Of a DNA stretch of 26,211 nucleotides, positions 17,067 through 26,211 are shown in pieces. Each line of letters begins with the position of its first letter. Position 1 is the first letter of the stretch. The notes under the pieces are model-generated. The model had not been told where the DNA came from. It was given only the letters and a program-made list of their open reading frames with translations, and did no database searches. The stretch comes from Methanomicrobiales archaeon (GTDB taxonomy: Archaea; Halobacteriota; Methanomicrobia; Methanomicrobiales; Methanospirillaceae): NCBI GenBank assembly GCA_037130095.1, contig JBAXTR010000001.1:1-26211 (forward strand). Reading direction: 5' to 3'. The translations under genes and the position numbers were made by a program.

Positions 17067-18134
17067 ATGCTGTTTCTGTCAGAAAACGAAAAAAAACAAT
17101 GGGCTGAATTTGCCAGTGCCATTTTGAAAGAGAATATCTCCCCGGGTTCTTTCCGTGGGACTGTCCGGGAAAACCTTGGATCCGCCTTTCATTTTTATGC
17201 AGGTGCCTTTCTTGCTGCTAGGGGGAAAAACCATGAGGCAGTTGAATGGCTACGGGTCGGGGCGTTGAACGAAGAGGACGGGGTATTTTCCTCCACGTTT
17301 CTCCTCGGTTTCCTGGAAAGGCATAAGGGCAAACTAATAATGCCGGCTCGTGTATTTGAAGACCCACGGCCATTCATTCATTTTGCCAGCGTGCCCATGA
17401 TGATGAAGGCACGGAACAACTTTATTCACCAGGCCGGTCATACACTGCCCAGGTTTGAAACCCCCGTGTCGTTAATGGATATCGGGTGTGGAGACGGGGC
17501 ACTAACCGTCAGGTTTCTTACCCACCTGCAGGAGATTGGAAAAATAAATGAGATTAAGGAAGTGCTTTTAATTGACCCGTCCGAAGCCATGATCACTCTT
17601 GCAAAAAAGACCGTGGCTGAGGCGTTTCCTGGTGTCCTGATCAGTACCGAAAACTGCAGGATACAGGACTTTTCAGGTCGTATCGATCACCATTACGATA
17701 TTGCACTCAGTTCTCTTGCCTATCACCACATGCCGGTGGAGGAGAAAATGATCGCTATCTCCCGGTTGAAACCATGGATTAACCATTTTGTGCTCTTTGA
17801 ACTCGATGCAAACAACGATTTGCCCGAACTTTTTTCCCCGGAACTCTCCTTGTCAGTATACCAGTCCTACGGGAGAATTATCGACTTTGTGTATGCCCAT
17901 GATGCACCTGTCGATGTGGTCACCGACTGCGTAGACTCGTTACTGATGACAGAACTCGTTTCTCTCATGACGCAGCAGCGAGGAGTACGCAATGATTATC
18001 ACATGCTGAGAAACCAGTGGAATGACCTTTTTAAATCACAACTTGGCCCGGAATTTACTATCAGGTGCGATTCGACCGCGTATGCCGATGAATACATTGC
18101 CCTTTTTACCATGCATTACGGGAGGGGGGAGTGA
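17067..18134 (+). CDS. Class I SAM-dependent methyltransferase with N-terminal helical extension
   Basis: LMDIGCGDG motif I, LIDPS motif II, ALSSLAYHH; about 130 aa precede the Rossmann fold. Confidence 0.82.
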   Translation: MLFLSENEKKQWAEFASAILKENISPGSFRGTVRENLGSAFHFYAGAFLAARGKNHEAVEWLRVGALNEEDGVFSSTFLLGFLERHKGKLIMPARVFEDPRPFIHFASVPMMMKARNNFIHQAGHTLPRFETPVSLMDIGCGDGALTVRFLTHLQEIGKINEIKEVLLIDPSEAMITLAKKTVAEAFPGVLISTENCRIQDFSGRIDHHYDIALSSLAYHHMPVEEKMIAISRLKPWINHFVLFELDANNDLPELFSPELSLSVYQSYGRIIDFVYAHDAPVDVVTDCVDSLLMTELVSLMTQQRGVRNDYHMLRNQWNDLFKSQLGPEFTIRCDSTAYADEYIALFTMHYGRGE

Positions 18135-18237
18135 ACAGGCCGGGATATTACTATTATCGAGCGGATATGCGGTATTATCTCCCTGTGCTTGGAACTTCAA
18201 TACAAAAATTCATGGGATAATAATGCCCTTGTCCTGT

Positions 18238-19119
18238 ATGGTACACGTACGGCATATCGGGCAGGTATCCCGGGCATACGCAACCCTCGAAGGTGCTGGT
18301 GTTCACCTCCACCGTGCATTCGGTTACGGGGAAGTCCCGCTTTTTGACCCGTTCCTGATGCTGGATGACTTTCGCGCCGGTGATAACCCCGCAGATTATC
18401 TTAGCGGGTTCCCGTGGCACCCACACCGGGGGATCGAGACCGTTACGTACATGCTTGAGGGACAGGTGGAACACGGGGACAGCATGGGTAATTCAGGGGT
18501 TATAGGGCCCGGGGGTATCCAGTGGATGACTGCCGGGTCAGGGATTATCCACCAGGAAATGCCAAAGCCCGTGCATGGCAGGATGGGTGGGTTCCAGCTC
18601 TGGGTGAACCTCCCCCGGTCCCATAAAATGATGAAGCCCCGCTACCAGGAAATAACATCCCAACAGGTCCCAACCGTAACACCCGCCCCGGGTGTATCAG
18701 TGAAGGTCATCATTGGTGAACTTGACGGGGTAAGAGGACCGGTGCAGGACATCATTACCACCCCTTCCTATTTCGATGTCAGCATCGATGAAAATGCAGA
18801 ATTTTCATATCCGTTTACAAGAGGTGATACGGTGGCGGCCTACGTGATCGACGGGACCGGGAGATTCGGCAGTAGTCCCGGGGCCCCTGTCGAAAACCGT
18901 GATATGGTGTTGTTTGGTGATGGGGACGTTGTGAATGCAGCCTCCATCAACAGGCCGTTTCGGTTCCTTCTTTTTGCCGGGAAACCCCTTGGGGAGCCGG
19001 TCGCATGGGGAGGTCCGATTGTGATGAATACGCAGGAAGAACTCAGGCAGGCGATTTTTGAATATCGCACCGGGACCTTTATTAAGGAAAACCAGGCAAT
19101 AAAACCGGCAGGAGACTAG
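18238..19119 (+). CDS. Pirin family protein
   Basis: EGAGV, DPFLMLDDF, FPWHPHRGIETVTY, QWMTAGSGIIHQE, QLWVNLP, GPIVMNT; start placed at ATG 18238. Confidence 0.93.
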   Translation: MVHVRHIGQVSRAYATLEGAGVHLHRAFGYGEVPLFDPFLMLDDFRAGDNPADYLSGFPWHPHRGIETVTYMLEGQVEHGDSMGNSGVIGPGGIQWMTAGSGIIHQEMPKPVHGRMGGFQLWVNLPRSHKMMKPRYQEITSQQVPTVTPAPGVSVKVIIGELDGVRGPVQDIITTPSYFDVSIDENAEFSYPFTRGDTVAAYVIDGTGRFGSSPGAPVENRDMVLFGDGDVVNAASINRPFRFLLFAGKPLGEPVAWGGPIVMNTQEELRQAIFEYRTGTFIKENQAIKPAGD

Positions 19120-19197
19120 AGTTGTGAGACTTGGTCCCGGTCAACACTACCATACAAAAATAACGCGGGCTCCAGCCCGGGAATCACTCTGAATACC

Positions 19198-19836
19198 ATG
19201 GATGAGAATGAGTCTTGTTGGACAGATCGTGCACCGTCCACCATCTGTACACGGGACAATATACGGTTTATCGATGAGCCTGCCGTGTACCGCCAGATTT
19301 TCGAAGTCCCAGAGTACCGCTTTTCCGATATCCGGAAAGATGATGTCGTCATTGATATCGGTGCAAATGTCGGGGCCTTCTGTATCCGGGCGGCATATTA
19401 CTCTGATTCTGTCTTTGCAGTGGAACCGCTTACGAACGGTCCGCTTAAAAAAAATATCCGCCTGAACAAGGTTGCGGTAACGGTGCTGGACTGTGCAATC
19501 GGGGATGGGAATGTTCAGACGATCAGCTGGGATGGTATAAGCAGGAAGATGCAGACCGTCTCGTTGAAAACGATTATCGGGATGGCGGGTGGTTGCGATT
19601 TTCTTAAATGTGACTGTGAGGGGGCAGAATGGCTGATAGACCCGGATGACCTTGAGCCTGTCCGCCGGGTAGAAATGGAACTCCACCTCCCCCCGGTGAG
19701 TGGTCCCCCGAATCCGCTGTTCCTTGATTACATCAGCCGCAATTACCAGTTCCAGATCGATTACATGCCAAGCCAGGCACCGCTTGGGCTGATGGGGTAC
19801 CTTCATGCGACCCGGGACCAGGAAAGCTCCGGGTAA
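19198..19836 (+). CDS. FkbM-family methyltransferase
   Basis: VIDIGANVGAF, FAVEP, FLKCDCEGAE; 212 aa. Confidence 0.85.
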   Translation: MDENESCWTDRAPSTICTRDNIRFIDEPAVYRQIFEVPEYRFSDIRKDDVVIDIGANVGAFCIRAAYYSDSVFAVEPLTNGPLKKNIRLNKVAVTVLDCAIGDGNVQTISWDGISRKMQTVSLKTIIGMAGGCDFLKCDCEGAEWLIDPDDLEPVRRVEMELHLPPVSGPPNPLFLDYISRNYQFQIDYMPSQAPLGLMGYLHATRDQESSG

Positions 19837-20028
19837 CAATACCTGCTGATTTCATGGCATAACTCCTGGTAACACCGGCAATGTGTGGATGACTGGCTAT
19901 TCAGCAGGGCTAAAGCTCTACCTGGACCCTGGAAGACCGGGGGTACCGCAGAACCGGTAATTCAGCCATGGAAGTGCGGGCTGGTAGTTTTAAGGACCGT
20001 GGTGAACCCCGTCGGGTGGTGTTGCCAC

Positions 20029-20036
20029 TTATAAAG
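20029..20036 (+). promoter_or_regulatory. TATA box of a probably leaderless endA transcript
   Basis: TTATAAAG ends 24 nt before the GTG start at 20061; no SD seen. Confidence 0.55.
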
Positions 20037-20060
20037 GAATACAACGTATTCTATTAGAAC

Positions 20061-21209
20061 GTGAAAGCGCAGTTTGACGGTAAGGAAGTCCGGCTTGGAA
20101 AAGATGCAAGGGCCCTCTACGAGCAGAGTGGGTACGGGAGACCTGAAAAGGAGGGCTCTGTGCTCCGTCTTGCCCCTGTGGAAGCGCTTTACCTTCTCCA
20201 CCGGAACCGGATTGAAATCGCCGGCTACGATTTTGACCGGCTGTTATCTGCGTTTACTACAGAACCTAACTTTCTCCGGAGTTATCTTGTGTACCGGGAC
20301 CTCCGGGAGAGGGGATATGCGGTCCAGACCGGTCCACACGACTTCAGGGTGTTCCGGCGGGGAGAACGGCCTGGTACCGGGCAGTCAAAGTACATGGTCC
20401 GGGTGTTGTCCGAACGGGATATGATTGATTTTGGGGTACTGGTCCGGGAATTTTCAGCATCAGCCCACATGAGAAAACAGCATGTCCTAGCCGTGGTTGA
20501 CGACGAAAATGAACTGACTTATTACGAGATAAAAGTGCAGTCCCTCCCGGAGATCGGTCCTTCCCTGACCCCCGGCCCGTTGAAAGGTACGTTGTTTGGC
20601 AGGTCTGCGGTCCTCTCCGTGCCGGACGAACGTACAGGTACCTCCCCGGAAGCGATGCAGCAGCGAAAAAAACCCGGAGCAACACCTGCAGTAACACAGG
20701 CAGGAATAGAAGAGATAACACCGGCGGAAGTGTGTTCGTCACCGGGATCACCCCCGTCGAGTTCACCCGGGTCACTGGCCGGCTCATTCGGGATGCGGCT
20801 TGACCGCACAAGGCTGGTGCTGTCCTCGCTTGAGACCCTGTACCTGATGCAGACCGGGTGCCTGTCACTGGTCACCGAGGGAAAGCCGGTCACCCGGGAT
20901 GAATATCTCGGTCTCGCAACCCTTGCAGACCTTGAGATGGGAGAAAAAGTGCTGGTCTACAGCGATCTCCGTGAGCATGGTTATACCCCGAAGACCGGCT
21001 ACAAGTTTGGTCACCATTTCCGGGTATATACCGGGACAAAAGTACACTCTGAAATGCTCGTTCATGCGGTTGCGACTGAGGGGGCAATGCCGATGAGCAC
21101 CATTTCCCGGTCTGTCCGGCTTTCGCATAGTGTGAAAAAGAAGATGTTGTTTGGCTGTGTACATACTACAGGTATTCATTATATCGAATTTGCCCGGATA
21201 AAACTCTGA
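20061..21209 (+). CDS. endA: tRNA-intron endonuclease, homodimeric (two-repeat) type
   Basis: Two repeats (YLVYRDLRERGY and VYSDLREHGYTPKTGYKFG); catalytic Tyr/His/Lys in FRVY, HSE and VKK of the second repeat. Confidence 0.95.
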   Translation: MKAQFDGKEVRLGKDARALYEQSGYGRPEKEGSVLRLAPVEALYLLHRNRIEIAGYDFDRLLSAFTTEPNFLRSYLVYRDLRERGYAVQTGPHDFRVFRRGERPGTGQSKYMVRVLSERDMIDFGVLVREFSASAHMRKQHVLAVVDDENELTYYEIKVQSLPEIGPSLTPGPLKGTLFGRSAVLSVPDERTGTSPEAMQQRKKPGATPAVTQAGIEEITPAEVCSSPGSPPSSSPGSLAGSFGMRLDRTRLVLSSLETLYLMQTGCLSLVTEGKPVTRDEYLGLATLADLEMGEKVLVYSDLREHGYTPKTGYKFGHHFRVYTGTKVHSEMLVHAVATEGAMPMSTISRSVRLSHSVKKKMLFGCVHTTGIHYIEFARIKL

Positions 21210-21265
21210 AAATTCGCAATTGATCTGACAATTATCACAATATTCACAGGAAAGGAGGCCGCTTT

Positions 21266-22519
21266 ATGTCACCGGAGATCAACCCATGGTCGAGTCAGCC
21301 ATCGCTTGAGATCGAGAAAACATTCTCTGAATTCGGCATTTCACCGATCGGGGACGCAATCGGTAAGCTGCCGGAGATCCCGTATTTTATCCGCCGGGGG
21401 ATTGTCCTCGGGCACCGGGATTACCAGGTGATCGCTGATGCCATATGCAACCGGCGCCAGTTTCATATCCTGACGGGGTTTATGCCCTCCGGGCACCCGC
21501 ATCTCGGTCACCTGATGGTGATGAAAGAGGTCGTATGGCACGTGCAACAGGGCGGTAACGGCTACATCTGCATTGCTGACCGGGAAGCCCATGCGGTCCG
21601 TGGCCTGTCATGGGAGAAGTGCGATGAGTTCGGGAAAGAGTACCTTGCCTGTCTCTACGCGCTCGGTTTTGAAGGCCAGACGTATTTCCAGAGCAGGAAC
21701 GACCGGCTCAAGGACCTTGCCTTCGAAGCGGCGACCAAGGTGAACTTCTCGGAACTTGCGGCAATCTACGGATTTGGCGCTGATACCGACCTCGCCCACG
21801 CTGACAGCGTGATTACGCAGGTGGCGGACATCCTTTTCCCGCAGATTGACCGCGAGCCGGCCCCGACGCTGGTACCGGTCGGTGTCGACCAGGACCCCCA
21901 TATCCGGCTCACCCGCGGGATCGCCCACAAGATGCGGATGTTTACGGTCGAGGAGCGGGACGGGTATATCAGCGTCCGCTCAAAGAATGCACCGGAAGCT
22001 GCGCTCGAGGCGGTAAAGAAAGCGTTCCCGCACGCAAAGAAGTACGAGGGGCATGTCGATATCAAGGGAGCCCAATGCACTGACGTCGCTGCCAGGGTGA
22101 GAGAGATTGAAAGGACCTGTGGTGGGTTTGCGTTCTATACTCCGTCGTCCACGTACCACCTCTTCATGCCGGGGCTCACTGGTGGGAAGATGTCCTCAAG
22201 CATCCCGGAGAGTATCATCTCCTTTTATGAGTCTGAGGCCACGGTACGAAAGAAGGTAATGGGCGGGATCACTGGTGGAAGGATGACCCTGGAAGAACAG
22301 AAACGCCTGGGCGGGGAACCTGACAAGTGCTCGCTCTTCCTCCTCAACCTCTTCCACATGGTATCAGACGACGCAGAACTCGCAGAAATACGGCGGAAAT
22401 GCACAGCAGGGGAGATTACCTGCGGGCAGTGCAAGAAAGACACCGCTGAACGGGTGGTAGCCTTTCTGAAAGATTTCCGGGAGAAAATGGATGCATGCTC
22501 AGACAGGATCAGGGTGTGA
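21266..22519 (+). CDS. trpS: Tryptophanyl-tRNA synthetase
   Basis: GFMPSGHPHLGH (HIGH), PVGVDQDPH, KMSSS, CGQCKK; AGGAGG RBS. Confidence 0.96.
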   Translation: MSPEINPWSSQPSLEIEKTFSEFGISPIGDAIGKLPEIPYFIRRGIVLGHRDYQVIADAICNRRQFHILTGFMPSGHPHLGHLMVMKEVVWHVQQGGNGYICIADREAHAVRGLSWEKCDEFGKEYLACLYALGFEGQTYFQSRNDRLKDLAFEAATKVNFSELAAIYGFGADTDLAHADSVITQVADILFPQIDREPAPTLVPVGVDQDPHIRLTRGIAHKMRMFTVEERDGYISVRSKNAPEAALEAVKKAFPHAKKYEGHVDIKGAQCTDVAARVREIERTCGGFAFYTPSSTYHLFMPGLTGGKMSSSIPESIISFYESEATVRKKVMGGITGGRMTLEEQKRLGGEPDKCSLFLLNLFHMVSDDAELAEIRRKCTAGEITCGQCKKDTAERVVAFLKDFREKMDACSDRIRV

Positions 22520-22520
22520 C

Positions 22521-23963
22521 ATGGCAGAACTGACGCAGAACGAGAAGAGGTTGCTTGCAACCCTCGAAAAAGAGAAGAAAGCGGATGCCCCGCATCTTGC
22601 CAGCCTTCTGGGAGCAACCCCGGAGGCAGTGGTGCAATGGGCCCACCTCGCAGAGGACAATGGATTTGCCACGGTCGAGAGGAATATTGCAAAGGAATTC
22701 ACCTACACGGATGAAGCGAAGGTCTACTTGCAGAAAGGGCTCCCGGAGACGCAACTATTGCAGGACATCCTGCCGGGGACAACCCTCGCTGATCTTCAGA
22801 AGCATGAGGCGTTTAAAATCGGGTTTGGCCAGCTGAGAAAGAAAGGCCTCGTGAAGGTTGAAGGGAGCTCGGTTGTCAGGGTGACTGGTGCATCCACCGA
22901 AGTGTATGAACATGCCTTAAAAAATCCCTCAGCTACTGACCCGGCCACAACGGAGATTGTCAGGCGTGGCCTCCTGCAGGAGACCGAGACTGTCCGTTAT
23001 ATCATCGCTATCACTCCACAAGGGCTCGAATTTGCCCGAAAAGGTCTCGACCTCCGTGGGGAGACGGGGACACTCACCCGTGAGCAGATCATATCGGGTG
23101 AATGGAAGGACCTCAACCTCCGCAAATACGATGTAACCAAGCTCCCGAAGAAAGCATACCCCGGCAAAGTCCACCCTTACCAGCGGATTATTGCAGAAAT
23201 GCGCGAAATCCTCCTCGAGATGGGATTCGAGGAATTGTACGGGGGTATTGTCCAGCAGTCCTTCTGGAATTTCGATGCCCTGTTCCAGCCGCAGGACCAC
23301 CCCGCCCGCGAGATGCAGGACACCTTCTACCTCCGTGAGACCCTCCCGCTGCCGGAAGGGTACGAGAAAGTGAAGGCGATGCACGAGTCCGGAGGTGAGA
23401 CATCATCCACCGGCTGGGGCGGCACCTGGAAAGAGGAGAAGGCCGAGCAGTGCGTATTACGGACCCATACGACGAGCGTCTCGATCCAGCACCTCGCAAA
23501 GAACCCGGTCCCCCCGGTTAAGGCCTTCTGTATTGGCAGGGTCTACCGGCGTGAAACTATTGATACCACGCACCTCGCGGAATTCGAGCAGCTGGAAGGG
23601 ATCGTGATGGATGAAGGGGTTACATTCGGCAACCTGCTCGGGATCCTCCGCGAGTTTTACCACCGGATGGGCTTTACGGGTGTACGGTTCAAGCCCTCGT
23701 ACTACCCCTACACCGAACCAAGCCTCGATGCCGAAGTTTATGTTGACGGCATCGGCTGGATCGAGATGGGTGGTGCCGGTGTCTTCCGTGAGGAGGTCAC
23801 CGCCCCGCTCGGTATCAATTACCCTGTCCTCGCATGGGGGCTCGGCGTGAGCCGCATCGCGATGCTCAGGCTTGATCTGAAAGACCTGCGGTACCTGCAC
23901 CGGAGTGATGTAGCGTTCCTTCGCGAAACACCCTCGCTGAGAAAAACGAAGGGAGGTATCTGA
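22521..23963 (+). CDS. pheS: Phenylalanyl-tRNA synthetase alpha subunit
   Basis: [51 protein letters not shown]; start ATG 22521. Confidence 0.97.
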   Translation: MAELTQNEKRLLATLEKEKKADAPHLASLLGATPEAVVQWAHLAEDNGFATVERNIAKEFTYTDEAKVYLQKGLPETQLLQDILPGTTLADLQKHEAFKIGFGQLRKKGLVKVEGSSVVRVTGASTEVYEHALKNPSATDPATTEIVRRGLLQETETVRYIIAITPQGLEFARKGLDLRGETGTLTREQIISGEWKDLNLRKYDVTKLPKKAYPGKVHPYQRIIAEMREILLEMGFEELYGGIVQQSFWNFDALFQPQDHPAREMQDTFYLRETLPLPEGYEKVKAMHESGGETSSTGWGGTWKEEKAEQCVLRTHTTSVSIQHLAKNPVPPVKAFCIGRVYRRETIDTTHLAEFEQLEGIVMDEGVTFGNLLGILREFYHRMGFTGVRFKPSYYPYTEPSLDAEVYVDGIGWIEMGGAGVFREEVTAPLGINYPVLAWGLGVSRIAMLRLDLKDLRYLHRSDVAFLRETPSLRKTKGGI

Positions 23964-23964
23964 A

Positions 23965-25605
23965 ATGGCAGTCATCAGCCTCCCCTATAAGTACCTTGAG
24001 CGGCTCACCCGCTCCGACCGGAAGACCATCCTCGACAAGGTTGCCCTTATCGGGTCGGATGTCGAGCGGGTCGAAGAAGACCATGCGGACGTGGAGTTCT
24101 TCCCTGACCGCCCCGACCTCTTCTCACCGGAAGGTGTTGCCCGGGCCATGCGTGGTTTCCTGGAGATCGAGACCGGGCTGCCATTATACCCGGTCAAACC
24201 CTCAGGGATCTCATTCACTGTCGACCCGAAGCTGGCAGATATCCGCCCGGTACTCGGCGCAGCGGTAATCCGCGGGGTCGAATTCGATGATGAGTCGATC
24301 CAGAGTATCATGTCCCTGCAGGAGTCACTCCACTGGGCGGTCGGAAGGGGCAGGAGCAAGGTGGCAATCGGTATCCACGACCTCGATACGGTCAGCCCCC
24401 CGTTCCACTACATCGCCTCACCCCGGGAGAGGAGATTTGTTCCCCTTGATTATTCCGATGCGATGACCCTGGACGAGATCCTCCTGGAGCACCCGAAGGG
24501 CAGGGATTACGCGAAAATCGTGAAAGATTTCCCCCTATTCCCGCTGATCGTGGATGATGAAGACCATGTCCTCTCCTTCCCCCCGATCATCAACGGCGAA
24601 CGGACACGGGTGACTATTGATACGAAGAACATCCTCCTCGATACGACCGGGACCGACAAGCGGGCGGTTGGTGTCGCCGTCAATATCATATGCACGGCGA
24701 TGGCGGAGGCAGGTGCAACGATCGAGAGCGTTGGGATCGGCGGAGTCCAGACCCCTACCCTTGCCCCGGTGGAACGGACGGTCAGTGTTTCGGAATGCAG
24801 CCGGCTTCTCGGGGTTGACCTGACTGCATCGTCGATGGCATCGCTCCTGCAGAAGATGCGTTTTGGTGCTGAACCGGCAGGAACAGACCGGCTGAAGGTG
24901 CAGGTACCCTGTTACCGGGCAGATATCATGCATGACTGGGACCTCTTTGAGGACGTGGCGATTGCCTACGGGTACGACAAGGTCCAGGACCTTCCGCCGA
25001 AGACCTATACCGTTGGAAAACCTCATCCCGTCCAGGTGCATGCGGCCATCGCCCGCGAGGTCTTCTGTGGTCTTGGTTATCTCGAGGTAATGCCATTCAC
25101 GCTGACGAGCGAGGACGTGCTCTATACAAAAATGCAGCGCCCGGAAAACCCGGGTGTGCTCCGGGTCATGCACCCGATCAGCATCGACAACACGGTGGTC
25201 AGGACTGAACTCCTCCCGCTGCTCCTCGAATTCCTGACGATGAACCGGCATCGCGAGCTCCCGCAGCGCCTCTTTACGGTAGGGGATGTTGTAGACTCCT
25301 GCCTCACCCACCTGCAGGCAGCAGGTGTCAGCACCCACCGGGACGCGGACTTCTCCGAGGCGTATGCATCAGCCGATGCGGTGCTCCACGAGCTCTCGAT
25401 CGACTATTCGGTGAAGGCATCAGCAGATCCGGCGTTTATTGACGGCCGCCGGGCTGATATTATCGTGGCCGGCAAAAAGGCCGGTGTTTTTGGAGAGGTC
25501 CATCCTGCCGTGCTGAACGCCTTTTATCTTGAGCAATCTGTTGCAGCGTTTGAGATTGACCTCAGATGCGTATTGGGATCTGCCGGGATGCAAGATAGTT
25601 CTTGA
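23965..25605 (+). CDS. pheT: Phenylalanyl-tRNA synthetase beta subunit
   Basis: [50 protein letters not shown]. Confidence 0.96.
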   Translation: MAVISLPYKYLERLTRSDRKTILDKVALIGSDVERVEEDHADVEFFPDRPDLFSPEGVARAMRGFLEIETGLPLYPVKPSGISFTVDPKLADIRPVLGAAVIRGVEFDDESIQSIMSLQESLHWAVGRGRSKVAIGIHDLDTVSPPFHYIASPRERRFVPLDYSDAMTLDEILLEHPKGRDYAKIVKDFPLFPLIVDDEDHVLSFPPIINGERTRVTIDTKNILLDTTGTDKRAVGVAVNIICTAMAEAGATIESVGIGGVQTPTLAPVERTVSVSECSRLLGVDLTASSMASLLQKMRFGAEPAGTDRLKVQVPCYRADIMHDWDLFEDVAIAYGYDKVQDLPPKTYTVGKPHPVQVHAAIAREVFCGLGYLEVMPFTLTSEDVLYTKMQRPENPGVLRVMHPISIDNTVVRTELLPLLLEFLTMNRHRELPQRLFTVGDVVDSCLTHLQAAGVSTHRDADFSEAYASADAVLHELSIDYSVKASADPAFIDGRRADIIVAGKKAGVFGEVHPAVLNAFYLEQSVAAFEIDLRCVLGSAGMQDSS

Positions 25606-26211
25606 CTGACTGGACCGTCATTTCACCGTAATGGAACACGCTGGCGGCGAGGCAGGCATCTGCCTTTCCCCGCGTAAACCCGTCGTAGAAATGCTCATAC
25701 GTCCCGACACCGCCGCTTGCGATGACCGGGATTCCTGCTGAATCAGATATGGCTGCCGTGATGGGAATATCAAAACCTTCTTTTGTGCCATCTGTTTCCA
25801 TGCTGGTAAGCAGGATCTCTCCGGCGCCCCGTTCTTCTCCCGCTTTTGCCCACGAGATTGCATCAATCCCGGTGGGCTTGCTCCCGCCGTAAATGACCAC
25901 TTCATACCAGCACGTACTGCCATCCTGGAGCACGACCGGGGTCCCTTCAGGGTTCGGGGTAACATTTCGCCTGACATCCATTGCGAGCACGATGCACTGC
26001 GTTCCGAACCGCTCTGCACCACGTCTGATAAGGTCAGGGTCATGGACCGCGCTCGTATTAATGCTCACTTTATCGGCACCGGCGCGGAGGATTGCATGGA
26101 TATCATCAGTACTCCTGATACCCCCGCCAACGGTGAGCGGCAGGAATAAACGGTCTGATGCCCGCGTTATCACATCAATAAGTGTTCCCCTGTTCTCCTT
26201 CGAGGCAGTGA
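25562..26211 (-). CDS. hisF: Imidazole glycerol phosphate synthase cyclase subunit (5' end outside the window)
   Basis: [51 protein letters not shown]; the frame stays open to the window edge ([17 protein letters not shown]). Confidence 0.95.
   Translation of the reverse strand, partial: TASKENRGTLIDVITRASDRLFLPLTVGGGIRSTDDIHAILRAGADKVSINTSAVHDPDLIRRGAERFGTQCIVLAMDVRRNVTPNPEGTPVVLQDGSTCWYEVVIYGGSKPTGIDAISWAKAGEERGAGEILLTSMETDGTKEGFDIPITAAISDSAGIPVIASGGVGTYEHFYDGFTRGKADACLAASVFHYGEMTVQSVKNYLASRQIPIRI

Noticed and set aside
19837-20030. Possible tRNA or C/D box sRNA upstream of endA
   Set aside because: No cloverleaf and no proper RTGATGA/CTGA pair in the right order.
24535-25338. Long antisense ORFs (also 6900-7595, 9096-9800, 14537-15163, 19147-19839)
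   Set aside because: Shadow frames opposite well-supported genes, with no recognisable motifs.
1-26211. CRISPR array, rRNA or insertion sequence
   Set aside because: No regularly spaced repeats, rRNA-like sequence or transposase motifs were seen.

Overview
Archaeal methanogen DNA, most likely Methanomicrobiales (Methanoregulaceae-like, judged from my recall of Ftr, PheT and HisF sequence style; not a database result). Left to right: (i) a hairpin-rich non-coding stretch and a decayed, membrane-anchored alpha-acetolactate decarboxylase gene; (ii) ftr; (iii) a nine-gene operon (2917-11548) in which every gene overlaps the next, joining the known 2-oxoacid elongation genes of coenzyme B synthesis (aksA, aksD, aksE, aksF) to five uncharacterised genes: two TiaS-like 'methanogenesis marker 11' paralogues, a Cys-rich radical SAM enzyme, an IorA-like TPP enzyme with no ferredoxin domain or beta subunit, and a Cys-rich protein of unknown function; (iv) accessory singletons (surface TPR protein, SPFH protein, flavodoxin, endonuclease IV, Cache-HAMP-PP2C phosphatase, two methyltransferases, pirin); (v) housekeeping endA-trpS-pheS-pheT and a partial hisF. 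The best candidate for an undescribed system is the operon, which may encode the still unassigned late steps of coenzyme B biosynthesis (decarboxylation, thiolation, threonine ligation, phosphorylation). This is inferred from gene context and motifs and is not demonstrated. No rRNA, tRNA, CRISPR array or transposase was recognised.
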